This document shows positions 24,033-33,244 of a stretch of 35,139 bases of DNA, in pieces. The DNA is from a virus (lineage: Duplodnaviria > Caudoviricetes), in IMG/VR virus record IMGVR_UViG_3300037295_000002, positions 1 to 35,139 of that record; one strand, 5' to 3'. Numbering within the stretch: the stretch's first letter is position 1; every line of letters begins with the position of its first letter. The notes under the pieces are model-generated. The model saw nothing but the letters and a program-made list of their open reading frames with translations. It was not told the DNA's origin and did not search any database. A program made the position numbers and the translations under genes.

Positions 24033-25601
24033 TTAATACTCAAGTACAAGCGTAATGGTTTCAATCTGTTCGCTTGTTCTATCAATTGGTGTCCTATTAT
24101 TTATAAACAAAATATCACCCGAATAGGGTTGAACCTCTGGATTTAAAATTTGTGTAATTGTTGCAGTCGCCCCAGACTCTGATCGGATAGACTCAATTTG
24201 AAAATCAATATTATTCGTAAGAGTTTCGTCTCGAATATATCTAATCTTATTACCATCTATCAAGTCTACATTGAACCCTATTGCACCAGAAGTTTGACCG
24301 TATATAATGTCGTCTTCGTCAAAGGTTCCAGAGATACTAGATATGACCAATGTATTTTTTGCATTAAGTGTTCGCGCAGTCGCAAGAACAGAAGTCTCAT
24401 AATTAAATGGGCTATCCAGTAATACAATGCGCCTAAAATCGTTTTGAACAGTGAAGTCATCTTGACCTTCGTTATAGGCAAAGTTGAGATTCATGAGAGC
24501 ATATCGAGCATACAATTCCCTTTCTGGAGAAGCGCCATGACCTCTAAAAGGTGATATGATAGGTCTTATATTTGCAGAGGTTGTCGAGTTTGCAATAACA
24601 ACTGCCTTTGCAATAGTGAATTCGCTACCTGATCTTCCAGTCGAAACATCGATATTAGTGATAATTCCATTTTCATCGGTTTCAGCATATCCGTAGCAAG
24701 AAGAAAGTACTATGATAGCAGAGCCATCTGTATAACCCGTTCCTCCTAGTATAATTTGAACAGTTAGGACTTGCCCAACAGCGCCAGTCGTGGCTATACC
24801 GAAAGCAGTTTCTACTGCGCCAGATGTAGAGACTTGACGTATCATGACAGGAATATTGATCTCTGGGGCAGAAGGGTATCCTGTGCCACTTTCAGTAACA
24901 ACTGCCGAGCCTACCACACCACCAGAAGTCACTATTGTACACCGAGCAGTTGATACCTCTTTTCCGTCGCCTTTTATAAAAATTGGCAAGTCTGTGTCAT
25001 TATCAATAGATGCATTTAGTGGATAACCATCACCGCCAGAAATTAATTTTAGATGATCAACAGAACCTCTTATAGATTCAGATTCAATAAATTCGTTATT
25101 ATCCATTGGCAGAATACCAGTAACAAAGAATTTACGAATAAGTGAATCCGACACGGTGAACATAAACTTCCACTTATACCCGTCTAATGTGGTATCAATA
25201 CCCGAAGTGACATGAGTAGGTTTTGATGTAGACTGAGCGCCACTATTATTTGAAATGCATTTGTATACTTTCTTTTCGTCAGTGTATACATAAAAATCTA
25301 ATTCGGTTAAATCAATTGCATCATCATACTCGGCATACACTGTTCCAGTAGTCCAGTCGACACGTCTAAACCCCAGAACCATATCCTGAGATATGACACG
25401 TTTCATTGCAGTCATATCATGCCATGCATCATATTCAGAATCAAGACTGTTATCTGTGTCGGGTGGGAGCGTATCATTTTCCCAAGGTTGTGGGCGACCA
25501 ATACCTACATAAAGATTCGATGACTGATTCGATACTGAGTCAATCAACCTCTTTGCATTCAGATAACTTAGCTTGGTAGATATACTTGATTTGGTTCCCA
25601 T
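24033..25601 (-). CDS. gp8: Baseplate wedge subunit gp8-like
   Basis: LYVGIGRPQPW...PP, RRVDWTTGTVY, VYKCISNN, DGYKWKFMF, GHG...EL, NDFRRI, YSGDILFINNRTPIDR...QIE. Position after gp6/gp7. Confidence 0.9.
   Translation of the reverse strand: MGTKSSISTKLSYLNAKRLIDSVSNQSSNLYVGIGRPQPWENDTLPPDTDNSLDSEYDAWHDMTAMKRVISQDMVLGFRRVDWTTGTVYAEYDDAIDLTELDFYVYTDEKKVYKCISNNSGAQSTSKPTHVTSGIDTTLDGYKWKFMFTVSDSLIRKFFVTGILPMDNNEFIESESIRGSVDHLKLISGGDGYPLNASIDNDTDLPIFIKGDGKEVSTARCTIVTSGGVVGSAVVTESGTGYPSAPEINIPVMIRQVSTSGAVETAFGIATTGAVGQVLTVQIILGGTGYTDGSAIIVLSSCYGYAETDENGIITNIDVSTGRSGSEFTIAKAVVIANSTTSANIRPIISPFRGHGASPERELYARYALMNLNFAYNEGQDDFTVQNDFRRIVLLDSPFNYETSVLATARTLNAKNTLVISSISGTFDEDDIIYGQTSGAIGFNVDLIDGNKIRYIRDETLTNNIDFQIESIRSESGATATITQILNPEVQPYSGDILFINNRTPIDRTSEQIETITLVLEY
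24098..24105 (-). promoter_or_regulatory. Late promoter TATAAATA within the gp8 3' end
   Basis: tatttata on the + strand, about 77 nt upstream of the 2109-aa gene. Confidence 0.6.
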
Positions 25602-25609
25602 TACTTCCT

Positions 25610-27106
25610 CTATATTGTTTGTGTTTCTTCAACTGCATTTAGTGTGACCTGAGTTGCCTGTCCTACAACCGTAGATTCTAAATTAAAAGATTTGTCTGCA
25701 TAATAATCTTCGGCATAATACATATCAGAGTTAACATAATAAGATTGAACAAACCCTATTATAGAATCCGTTAACTGTGGCGACTCTAATACTATATATT
25801 CGACAGGATCTTTTGTTCCGACAAATATGAATGCATTCTTAACTTTAGTGTTAATGAAATTGAAAGTAAAAACATTACTGATCACCTCCATGCCAGCGGG
25901 GTGAGCAAACTTCTTTAAAGGTTGCATCCATGAGCTAGATTGGTGCGTAGTTCTTACTTCATATGAAAACTTTTGATAATACTTTGAATCTTGTAAAACG
26001 ATTGACTCAGACAACTGACCACGAACACCTTTATAATATCCTTGATACTTCGCCAAAGCCCCGAAGGTCAATACAAGTTCTGCGCCGACACCGTTCACAC
26101 TATCAATATTTATTACTACTTTCGGAGCGAGTAATCCATAATCGTCTGCCAGAGTAGCAAGTTCTGTTATTAGACCATAGTTAATATATGGATGTATTTC
26201 GGTTTCGGTTATCAACCCATAGTCAAGGAATTGATATAATAAGAAATCTATTAAATAATATTGACCAAGATCGTTTGTAGAAATAACAGAATAGGGTGTA
26301 TTTCCTGAACCAAAGTCAGAAATGGCATAGCCAACAATACCACCAAGTGAGTTTACGTTCGTGACCTGAGCAATGACCGAAGAGCCTTCGAATCCTTGTA
26401 CGGTTATTTTATCACCGATCTTATAACCAGACCCAACACTGTTAATAACGAATCCATTTGCACTTCGATAAATCTCTGCAGAAAGTGAAGAGTCTACATA
26501 AATTGTCTTATGATCAGTAAATTTAACAGTTGATATAGTTTCTGGTAAGAGTGTTAACTCATAAATTATTATGTCCTGATATATTTTACGCTTTACCGAA
26601 TCTACGACTGCAGATGCATTTGAACCCGCCTCGTATATACGTTTACCTTCAAAGGCATATGGGTCACCGTTCAATGGTGTAATGCGAAGAACAGTTTCTA
26701 CATTCCAACGACCATCAGAAGGTATCAGTACCGAGTCCCAAGGGTAATATATTTCTACTTCATCATCGAGGAATAATCTAAAGAATGTCTTGATTGATTC
26801 TTCTGAACCTTTCGATTTCCATACTTCACTTATCTTGTCATAGAATACTTGTGGATTAGAGGCATATTCTTGCTTGGATAATATGCCAAGCTCACGTTGT
26901 ATGTAATTTAAAAACTCTGGTTCTTGCTCTCGTATATCTCTTTGAAGATACAAATTGTTTTGATAATATGAAGACTTGTTTTCGTTTTCAAGGTAATCAA
27001 AAAATACACGTGCAAATTCTACGAGTTCAGGGTATGACTGAACAACATGATCAGGTAGAATAGAAGTTACAAAGGAGGCGACATTGGGGACATTCTTTTT
27101 AGGCAT
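25610..27106 (-). CDS. gp7: Baseplate wedge initiator gp7-like (short form; probable start ATG 27106)
   Basis: LP..V...YPELVEF..FFDYLE, WKSKGSEESIKTFFRLF, SDGRW, LQDSKYYQKFSYEV...HPAGM. ATG overlaps the gp6 stop by 8 nt. Confidence 0.82.
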   Translation of the reverse strand: MPKKNVPNVASFVTSILPDHVVQSYPELVEFARVFFDYLENENKSSYYQNNLYLQRDIREQEPEFLNYIQRELGILSKQEYASNPQVFYDKISEVWKSKGSEESIKTFFRLFLDDEVEIYYPWDSVLIPSDGRWNVETVLRITPLNGDPYAFEGKRIYEAGSNASAVVDSVKRKIYQDIIIYELTLLPETISTVKFTDHKTIYVDSSLSAEIYRSANGFVINSVGSGYKIGDKITVQGFEGSSVIAQVTNVNSLGGIVGYAISDFGSGNTPYSVISTNDLGQYYLIDFLLYQFLDYGLITETEIHPYINYGLITELATLADDYGLLAPKVVINIDSVNGVGAELVLTFGALAKYQGYYKGVRGQLSESIVLQDSKYYQKFSYEVRTTHQSSSWMQPLKKFAHPAGMEVISNVFTFNFINTKVKNAFIFVGTKDPVEYIVLESPQLTDSIIGFVQSYYVNSDMYYAEDYYADKSFNLESTVVGQATQVTLNAVEETQTI

Positions 27107-28928
27107 GTCGAGACACCAACCTATAATTAGAACCACCTGCGGCAGAACCTGCTACCACATCATCGCTTGTTCCTGTGACTGTGATATTTTGATAGTCTAT
27201 GCTAACCAAATTATTTCTTAAAGGCGAAACATCGTTAGAGTCTGGTATGACCGTTAATTCAATATATGCCCCGATAAACGAAGACACATTAAAATTAGTC
27301 AATACGATCTTTCCTGCGAGGGCATCGACATATCCAACTTCATCGGCAACAGTAATTTTATTGACTCCTCGACCACGGATAACTCTTATAACTCTTTCGC
27401 CTTGAGAATTTATATAATCTTGCAAGGTGCATTGCTCCTCGCCATATGTAAATATACTTGAACGATATATCACTGGCTCATTTGAAGATGTGATATATAT
27501 AGGGCTTGAAAATTTCAATTCATATAACCTAGCCTGATTAAGTATAGGAATAAATCGTTTTTTCATGTAAACTCTGACAACAGAGTTTAGTATTGAATTG
27601 TCCGAGTTATCGACAACACCCAATAGGGTTGAATATCTTAAGACACCATCAAACATTTCAAGGTTAGAGTCATTATAATTCTGAATAGCAGTTTTTACTT
27701 TGGTTGTCAATTGAGCAACCGAAAAAGTAGTTTCTACAGGATCGTACTTGTAGAATACTTCAAGATCGACATAGGTATATATCGGATCTATGAATTCAGG
27801 TGTGATCGATACGACTGCCTTTGGTTTAATGATAGAATTTATGATAGTATCTTTTTCTGCGGTCGATAGAATTTCACCAACTGCAGGTTTTATCGAAATA
27901 AATGCCTTACCATACTGAGGGGGATCATTGTCTTCACCACCCCATACGACAATAGATTTTACATTGCTGAAATTATCAAGAATGATAGATTTATAATCGT
28001 CAGGAGTAACTGCTCGGTTCTGAGCCGAGAAGGATAGGGGAGCGCGTAGTTTAACACTTTCAATAGTTTCTCTTGCAATTCCACCAGTAGATGCAGATCG
28101 AGTTGTAATTGATAAGTTATCATTTCCTGCAATAGAATCTACTTTAGTAAATCCCTTGGCATTATTTGCTTCTGGACCATCAGTCACAAGGTATTTTATT
28201 TCAATTACATTACCATTGACCAATGCCTCACCAATTACACCATCACCAAAAGTTATTTCATAATTTCCATCAAATGACTCATTAAGAAAATACGCCCGTG
28301 ATTCACCGTTTATGTCTACAATATTCTTAACAGGAACAAATGTAAATAAATTACTCGAACCCAAAGACTCTCTAACGTTCACTTCTAGTAGGGTAGTATC
28401 GACATTTAAGTCAGGGATAATAAACTGTTCAGAAGTGTCTAGGTCATAGATGTATTCTACATTCTTAACGACGCCTTGTTTTATTTCTACATCGGTAAAT
28501 TGTGCATTTGTTGTTGTATATGATTTTGTCGTGACAAAGAAGTAACTAACCCCATCAATTACGCTCTTAAACCTTGCATACTTTGGAAGCGTCATTGAAA
28601 GGCTTATCGGAAAATTAACAACAATGTCTATCTTTCCAGTAGATCCTATTCTTGATCTTGGGGTATAACCTAATTGACGCGCATGACCAACAACACTGCC
28701 ACGGTTCTGAGCAGTCTCAAGGAACGTTTCATTTATACCGACATTTGCATTAAGGGCATTATAATGAGTCACATATGCCATAAGATCTACGAAGGTAGAA
28801 AGAGCAGAACCTTCAAAATTATAATCTCGTAATGTATCCTGTGATCTGAGGAATTCTTTCAGGTTAGACTTAATATCCTCAAAGTCTAACTTCGATACAT
28901 TTAGCTGCTTAGTTTGTTTTGTTGCCAT
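27099..28928 (-). CDS. gp6: Baseplate wedge subunit gp6
   Basis: LDFEDIKSNLKEFL...DYNFEGSALS..DLMAY, ETFLETAQ.R.SVV..ARQLGY, FGDGVIG, QNRAVTPDDY, WGGEDNDPPQYGKAFISIKP. Confidence 0.95.
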   Translation of the reverse strand: MATKQTKQLNVSKLDFEDIKSNLKEFLRSQDTLRDYNFEGSALSTFVDLMAYVTHYNALNANVGINETFLETAQNRGSVVGHARQLGYTPRSRIGSTGKIDIVVNFPISLSMTLPKYARFKSVIDGVSYFFVTTKSYTTTNAQFTDVEIKQGVVKNVEYIYDLDTSEQFIIPDLNVDTTLLEVNVRESLGSSNLFTFVPVKNIVDINGESRAYFLNESFDGNYEITFGDGVIGEALVNGNVIEIKYLVTDGPEANNAKGFTKVDSIAGNDNLSITTRSASTGGIARETIESVKLRAPLSFSAQNRAVTPDDYKSIILDNFSNVKSIVVWGGEDNDPPQYGKAFISIKPAVGEILSTAEKDTIINSIIKPKAVVSITPEFIDPIYTYVDLEVFYKYDPVETTFSVAQLTTKVKTAIQNYNDSNLEMFDGVLRYSTLLGVVDNSDNSILNSVVRVYMKKRFIPILNQARLYELKFSSPIYITSSNEPVIYRSSIFTYGEEQCTLQDYINSQGERVIRVIRGRGVNKITVADEVGYVDALAGKIVLTNFNVSSFIGAYIELTVIPDSNDVSPLRNNLVSIDYQNITVTGTSDDVVAGSAAGGSNYRLVSRHA

Positions 28929-29338
28929 TAGCGTAATCTCTGTACAATAAATTCTATGGTTGTTGTTGTAACGACTGGTGAAATTATTTCTAAGTCTAGC
29001 CTGATATTAATTGCATTTTGATCTTCTAAGTCATCAACAACTATCGATAAGATCTTAACTCGTGGCTCATAGTTACGTAAAGAAAATATAATATCTTCTT
29101 CAATCATTGCTTTTGTGACTGAGTCTATAGGTTCAAATAGGAATGAATATATGCCTGAGCCAAAGTTTGGCGAAAATGGTTTTTCACCACGTCGTGTCTT
29201 TAGTATATTTAAGACCGATTGCTTAACCGCTTCGACATCTTTCTTAAGAGAAACGTCTCCAGTAACAGGGTTTGCACGGAATGCAAAGTCCACATCAGTG
29301 TATACTTTCTCACGAGCACGTATGTTTAAATCTGCCAT
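28928..29338 (-). CDS. gp25: Baseplate wedge subunit gp25
   Basis: YTDVDFAF..NPVTGD...AVKQSVLNILKT..GEKPFSPNFGS...LFE...YEPRV. Confidence 0.93.
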   Translation of the reverse strand: MADLNIRAREKVYTDVDFAFRANPVTGDVSLKKDVEAVKQSVLNILKTRRGEKPFSPNFGSGIYSFLFEPIDSVTKAMIEEDIIFSLRNYEPRVKILSIVVDDLEDQNAINIRLDLEIISPVVTTTTIEFIVQRLR

Positions 29339-29343
29339 ATTAG

Positions 29344-29351
29344 TATTTATA
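29344..29351 (-). promoter_or_regulatory. Late promoter TATAAATA immediately upstream of gp25
   Basis: tatttata on the + strand, in the 18-nt intergenic gap, only 5 nt before the ATG. Confidence 0.7.
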
Positions 29352-29356
29352 ACCTT

Positions 29357-29668
29357 TTATCCACTAACAAATACATTAGGACTGCCTTGTATAATAATAT
29401 TATTACCATACCTGTCACCAATTCTACCAACACCTAGTCCGCCAACAAATACGGTAGCAGATGCAGATGTCAATACTGAAACGTCTGGAACACAACCACC
29501 TCTAGGGTGGGGGCCTACTAAGTTTCCTAGAACGGGAACTAGACGACCGTTAACAAATACATTAGCTATATTTGCTTGAACTACTGAGGTCTGCATAGGG
29601 AATGCACAATTCTTTCCTGCGCCGTCTGGCGAAAGTACAGCATCTCCAAATCTTGCAACTGATGACAT
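29357..29668 (-). CDS. PAAR-repeat spike tip protein (gp5.4-like)
   Basis: VARFGD...NVFVNG...PH...C...SATVFVGG..VGRIGD...GSPNVFV. Located downstream of gp5. Confidence 0.88.
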   Translation of the reverse strand: MSSVARFGDAVLSPDGAGKNCAFPMQTSVVQANIANVFVNGRLVPVLGNLVGPHPRGGCVPDVSVLTSASATVFVGGLGVGRIGDRYGNNIIIQGSPNVFVSG

Positions 29669-29669
29669 A

Positions 29670-30215
29670 TTATTCTAGTCCTTTTATAATTAGAGCATTA
29701 ATATTATTGACTGCTGATTGAAACAACCAGTTTATCCATTGATTCACTGGCGCAACTGTAAATACAGTCGAGTCAGAATATACTTTAAATGCATATGATA
29801 ATGATATTGTTACTGATGAAGGCATCTGGTATCTTATCAAAGATAAAAACTCTTCTTCTGTGTCAAATGGCAAGATTAGTGTCGTTAGATCTGGCAGCAC
29901 AAATTGATAATACTGAGAAGGGAATGCATTCATTACTGGTCCATCAATCCTAACGGTATAGTCATTAATTTTTGTAAGTGTCATACCATACTGTGCAAAA
30001 TTAAAATCAGAAGTCACATTAAATGGATTAGTTAATATAATAGTTTCTTCTAGTGTTTCTGGGTCAATAACGATTTCTTGAAACTGAAATTCTGCTATTG
30101 CGTAAAATGCAGTTGCTTCATATGCAGCAGGTAAGTATAACCCTAGGTCAGTCGGATCGGATACAGGAGGTGATCCGCCCCCACTAGTTTCAAGTATGTT
30201 AATTATTATATTCAC
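29670..30215 (-). CDS. Hypothetical protein between gp5 and PAAR (gp5.1-like position)
   Basis: 181-aa ORF translationally coupled on both sides. No motif recognised; assignment is by position only. Confidence 0.6.
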   Translation of the reverse strand: MNIIINILETSGGGSPPVSDPTDLGLYLPAAYEATAFYAIAEFQFQEIVIDPETLEETIILTNPFNVTSDFNFAQYGMTLTKINDYTVRIDGPVMNAFPSQYYQFVLPDLTTLILPFDTEEEFLSLIRYQMPSSVTISLSYAFKVYSDSTVFTVAPVNQWINWLFQSAVNNINALIIKGLE

Positions 30216-31843
30216 TATGCTAGCTTCTTAAAGGCTTCTGTTCCTGCATTATTGCCAGCGACTTGACCAAGTGCTTCTGCTTCTTGAATTGTTTTACCTT
30301 CTGCCAGCGCAGTATCAATTGCAGTATTACGAGCAGCACGTTGAATATCACGAACGTTTATTACTTCTGTTGTATCTGCAGACGCAACAGCGGTTGTTTG
30401 TGGAACAACAATAAGACCTTTTGATTTTGCATATGAAGCAATAGTTGTTGTACCTTGTTGAATTGCTTTAGGTACTCCAGCTCCAAAGGCGGCCGGATAA
30501 AAGTGGCCTGAGTCTCCATTAAGATCGTTTATCAATCCAAACTTTTGCATTGATGCTCGGGCGAGACCAACATATTCTTTTGGGCCGCCTCGGCCATCAT
30601 CATACTTTCCGTTAACATAAATAGCAACGTCAGATGCTGACCCATAGTTATGCCATGATTTTCCGGCACCAGCTGCTCGAATACCAGATGCAGCTAACTG
30701 AGCAGATCTTTCTGGAGAACGATAAGCCTCTGTAACATTTATATCTCTTTCAGGAAAATTAGTTTTAACATAATCTTGTATGCCAGCAGCAAATCTACCA
30801 CGCACGGCAGGATTCAATGTATTTAATCTAGTAGCAATTGACTTTGCATATTTAGATGGAGCAAAGTCTTGAGCAACAAATTGTTTACCATCAGGAAACG
30901 GATTTGCAAGTGATGGGGGCGGGACAACGTTCCTAGTTTGGTCTTGTATCTGGGCTGGAGACTTTCCAGAAGCAGCGGCTAATAGTGTTGGTTGAGCAGT
31001 AGTAACACTAGTAACTTTTGCTGATTGAGCAATTGCTGCTTGTTGAGCCGACCCTGGCCCAAGAGTATACGCAACAGCAATCGGTGCAACACCAGACACT
31101 GCAATATCATTTGCTACATCTGGTAACGGGAACTTAGCAGATGTTGGAATAAATTGTTCAAACTTTGAAGTAAGATCTTCTTCTGATTTTGTTACTGCAT
31201 TATTAAATATATTTTCAAAGTCTTTTGTGAATGATTCTATAATTGACTCTGGTGTTTTCTTAGGGTCTGGTTGTAGTGCTTTCTTAGGGAACTCAACAAA
31301 TGTATCGCCTATCTTAATAAGGTTAGGTATGCTATTACAAACATCAAGTGGATTATTAAGTGGATCTTCAACAAATCTTTGAAGGTTATCAATAATCTGT
31401 TGAGCAGCAGGACCAGCTTCTTGATATGCTGCTCGCAAGTTAAGTATGTCTGCGGCTATACCTTCAGGATTTTGTAATGAAGCTTCTGATATTAAATTTA
31501 ATGCAGTCTGTTGAAGTAATGATTCGATTACATCAGGAGCATTTTGTATTGCATCAATAAAAGTTTCTGCTTCAGTTACTATACTATCAATTGCATTGAT
31601 GAAGTTTTTACCTAACATCACTTGTGCCTGAATGGTATCTTGTAATTTTTTTATTTCTGTAAAGACACCATTTTCGCCACACAGCAAACTATTGACATCG
31701 GTAAATTGATTTACTACTCCAAGAGCACCGGCTGCTAAGGCTGCTCCGCCAGCAGTTATAGTCGTGACTGCACCGACTGCATTTGATGCAGAATTTGTCA
31801 CTGCTTGTACTGAAGCAATTGCGCCTGATAAATCTAAAGCCAT
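30215..31843 (-). CDS. Baseplate-associated protein with M15-family (L-Ala-D-Glu / D,D-peptidase-like) Zn peptidase domain
   Basis: LNPAVR...INVTEAYRSPERSAQL...SWHNYGSASDV...DSGHF matches the M15 motifs R, SxHxxGxAxD and DxxH. The N-terminal part is helical and A/Q rich. Confidence 0.8.
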   Translation of the reverse strand: MALDLSGAIASVQAVTNSASNAVGAVTTITAGGAALAAGALGVVNQFTDVNSLLCGENGVFTEIKKLQDTIQAQVMLGKNFINAIDSIVTEAETFIDAIQNAPDVIESLLQQTALNLISEASLQNPEGIAADILNLRAAYQEAGPAAQQIIDNLQRFVEDPLNNPLDVCNSIPNLIKIGDTFVEFPKKALQPDPKKTPESIIESFTKDFENIFNNAVTKSEEDLTSKFEQFIPTSAKFPLPDVANDIAVSGVAPIAVAYTLGPGSAQQAAIAQSAKVTSVTTAQPTLLAAASGKSPAQIQDQTRNVVPPPSLANPFPDGKQFVAQDFAPSKYAKSIATRLNTLNPAVRGRFAAGIQDYVKTNFPERDINVTEAYRSPERSAQLAASGIRAAGAGKSWHNYGSASDVAIYVNGKYDDGRGGPKEYVGLARASMQKFGLINDLNGDSGHFYPAAFGAGVPKAIQQGTTTIASYAKSKGLIVVPQTTAVASADTTEVINVRDIQRAARNTAIDTALAEGKTIQEAEALGQVAGNNAGTEAFKKLA

Positions 31844-31855
31844 GCCATATCCTTT

Positions 31856-33244
31856 TTAATTCAGTGTTATGATTGAACCATTAATGCTGACAATACCTAG
31901 GGCAGTAGTGCTACTGGCAGCACCAATTAATTCTGATAAGCTTCCGCCAATATCAACTGACTTTGAAACACCAACAGCTTCAGATCGCGAACCAATAATT
32001 ATTTCTGATAAGTTCACACCCACAACAACTGACTTTGAAACACCAACAGTTTCAGTTGCGCTAATGCCAACTTTTATATCTAAGTTTGTTGATGTATCAA
32101 TTGTCATAAAGCCAACAGACTCAATATTATATAAACCATATACAATATCCATTCTATTAGCTTTTGTGACTATACCCATGTTGCCTGACACCGAAATATT
32201 ATTGCTGCCTTTAATTGATAATGAGTTATCACCGCCTACATTAGTTTGTGATGAATTAGCAACAAGCTCTAGTTTATTACCACCAACATTTAAAGAATGA
32301 TTACCAGCCGACTTAATATAGTATTCGCCACCAATGTTTGTTGATACATCTTGTTGAACCTCTGTTACCATATTGCCAGCAATGATTTTTGTTTGCTTTG
32401 ACTTTGCAATAGTTTCGGTATAGGTACCGCCAACCTCAAGCGTATAGTCGCCTTTGACGAGTTGATTCATATTACCATCAACGGTAATATTAAGATTACC
32501 CTTGACATACATATTCTTATTGCCCATGATAAGTTCATAGCCATCACCAACAATTTTAATTGTACGAGTGCCATCAACAATGATCTCATCATAAGTACCA
32601 GACGGGTGCATACGCGTTACACGTTGTGCTCCAGGCGAAGAATCAAATTCTTCTAGCATACCGCCTTCGTATTCATTGACCGAATTATATGGATACTTTG
32701 ATACCTGACCACCACGAAGTGGTAACTCGGCCCAAGACTCTCTTTCATATTCAGAGTCAGCACCATCAGGCGCCACTGTAGATGCCTTATATTTTTTACT
32801 AGATGGAATAGAAGGTACACGAGTACGTTCACGTTCTGTATATACTGGATGTTCTGTATATGTATCAGGCTTAGCTGCAAGTGATGTATTAGATGTCCCA
32901 TCGCTCCACTTTGGGTTAACACCAAACGGATCTGTGAATCCTTTAGAATAATCTGGCGGAGAAGTACTTTGAGTCGAAGGTAATGCGCCGATCACAATAG
33001 GATCTTGAAGGTTAACATCATGGTACATTACCAGAACCCATGTTCCTTCGACAAGCTGTGATACTCCACTAGCGGTTGTTGATACATTGGCCGGCATCAT
33101 TACCATTGACCAAGGTAACGAATCAATTGGAACTTCATTGATACGATCATCTGAATGAAGACCAAATACGCGAACACGAACACGACCCATAGTTAACGGA
33201 TCATGACGATCTTCTACGACGCCAACATGAAAAGATGTAGCCAT
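31856..33244 (-). CDS. gp5: Baseplate central spike gp5-like (OB fold + beta-helix, no lysozyme domain)
   Basis: GVVEDRHDPLTMGRVRVRVFGLH...LPW, YPYNSV, EFDSSPGAQRV..MHPSGTY, then 8-residue VxGN repeats. Confidence 0.92.
   Translation of the reverse strand: MATSFHVGVVEDRHDPLTMGRVRVRVFGLHSDDRINEVPIDSLPWSMVMMPANVSTTASGVSQLVEGTWVLVMYHDVNLQDPIVIGALPSTQSTSPPDYSKGFTDPFGVNPKWSDGTSNTSLAAKPDTYTEHPVYTERERTRVPSIPSSKKYKASTVAPDGADSEYERESWAELPLRGGQVSKYPYNSVNEYEGGMLEEFDSSPGAQRVTRMHPSGTYDEIIVDGTRTIKIVGDGYELIMGNKNMYVKGNLNITVDGNMNQLVKGDYTLEVGGTYTETIAKSKQTKIIAGNMVTEVQQDVSTNIGGEYYIKSAGNHSLNVGGNKLELVANSSQTNVGGDNSLSIKGSNNISVSGNMGIVTKANRMDIVYGLYNIESVGFMTIDTSTNLDIKVGISATETVGVSKSVVVGVNLSEIIIGSRSEAVGVSKSVDIGGSLSELIGAASSTTALGIVSINGSIITLN
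31931..32049. repeat. 72-bp period tandem duplication in the gp5 beta-helix
   Basis: caactgactttgaaacaccaacag is identical at 31954-31977 and 32026-32049; ttctgataag occurs at 31931 and 32003. Confidence 0.8.
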
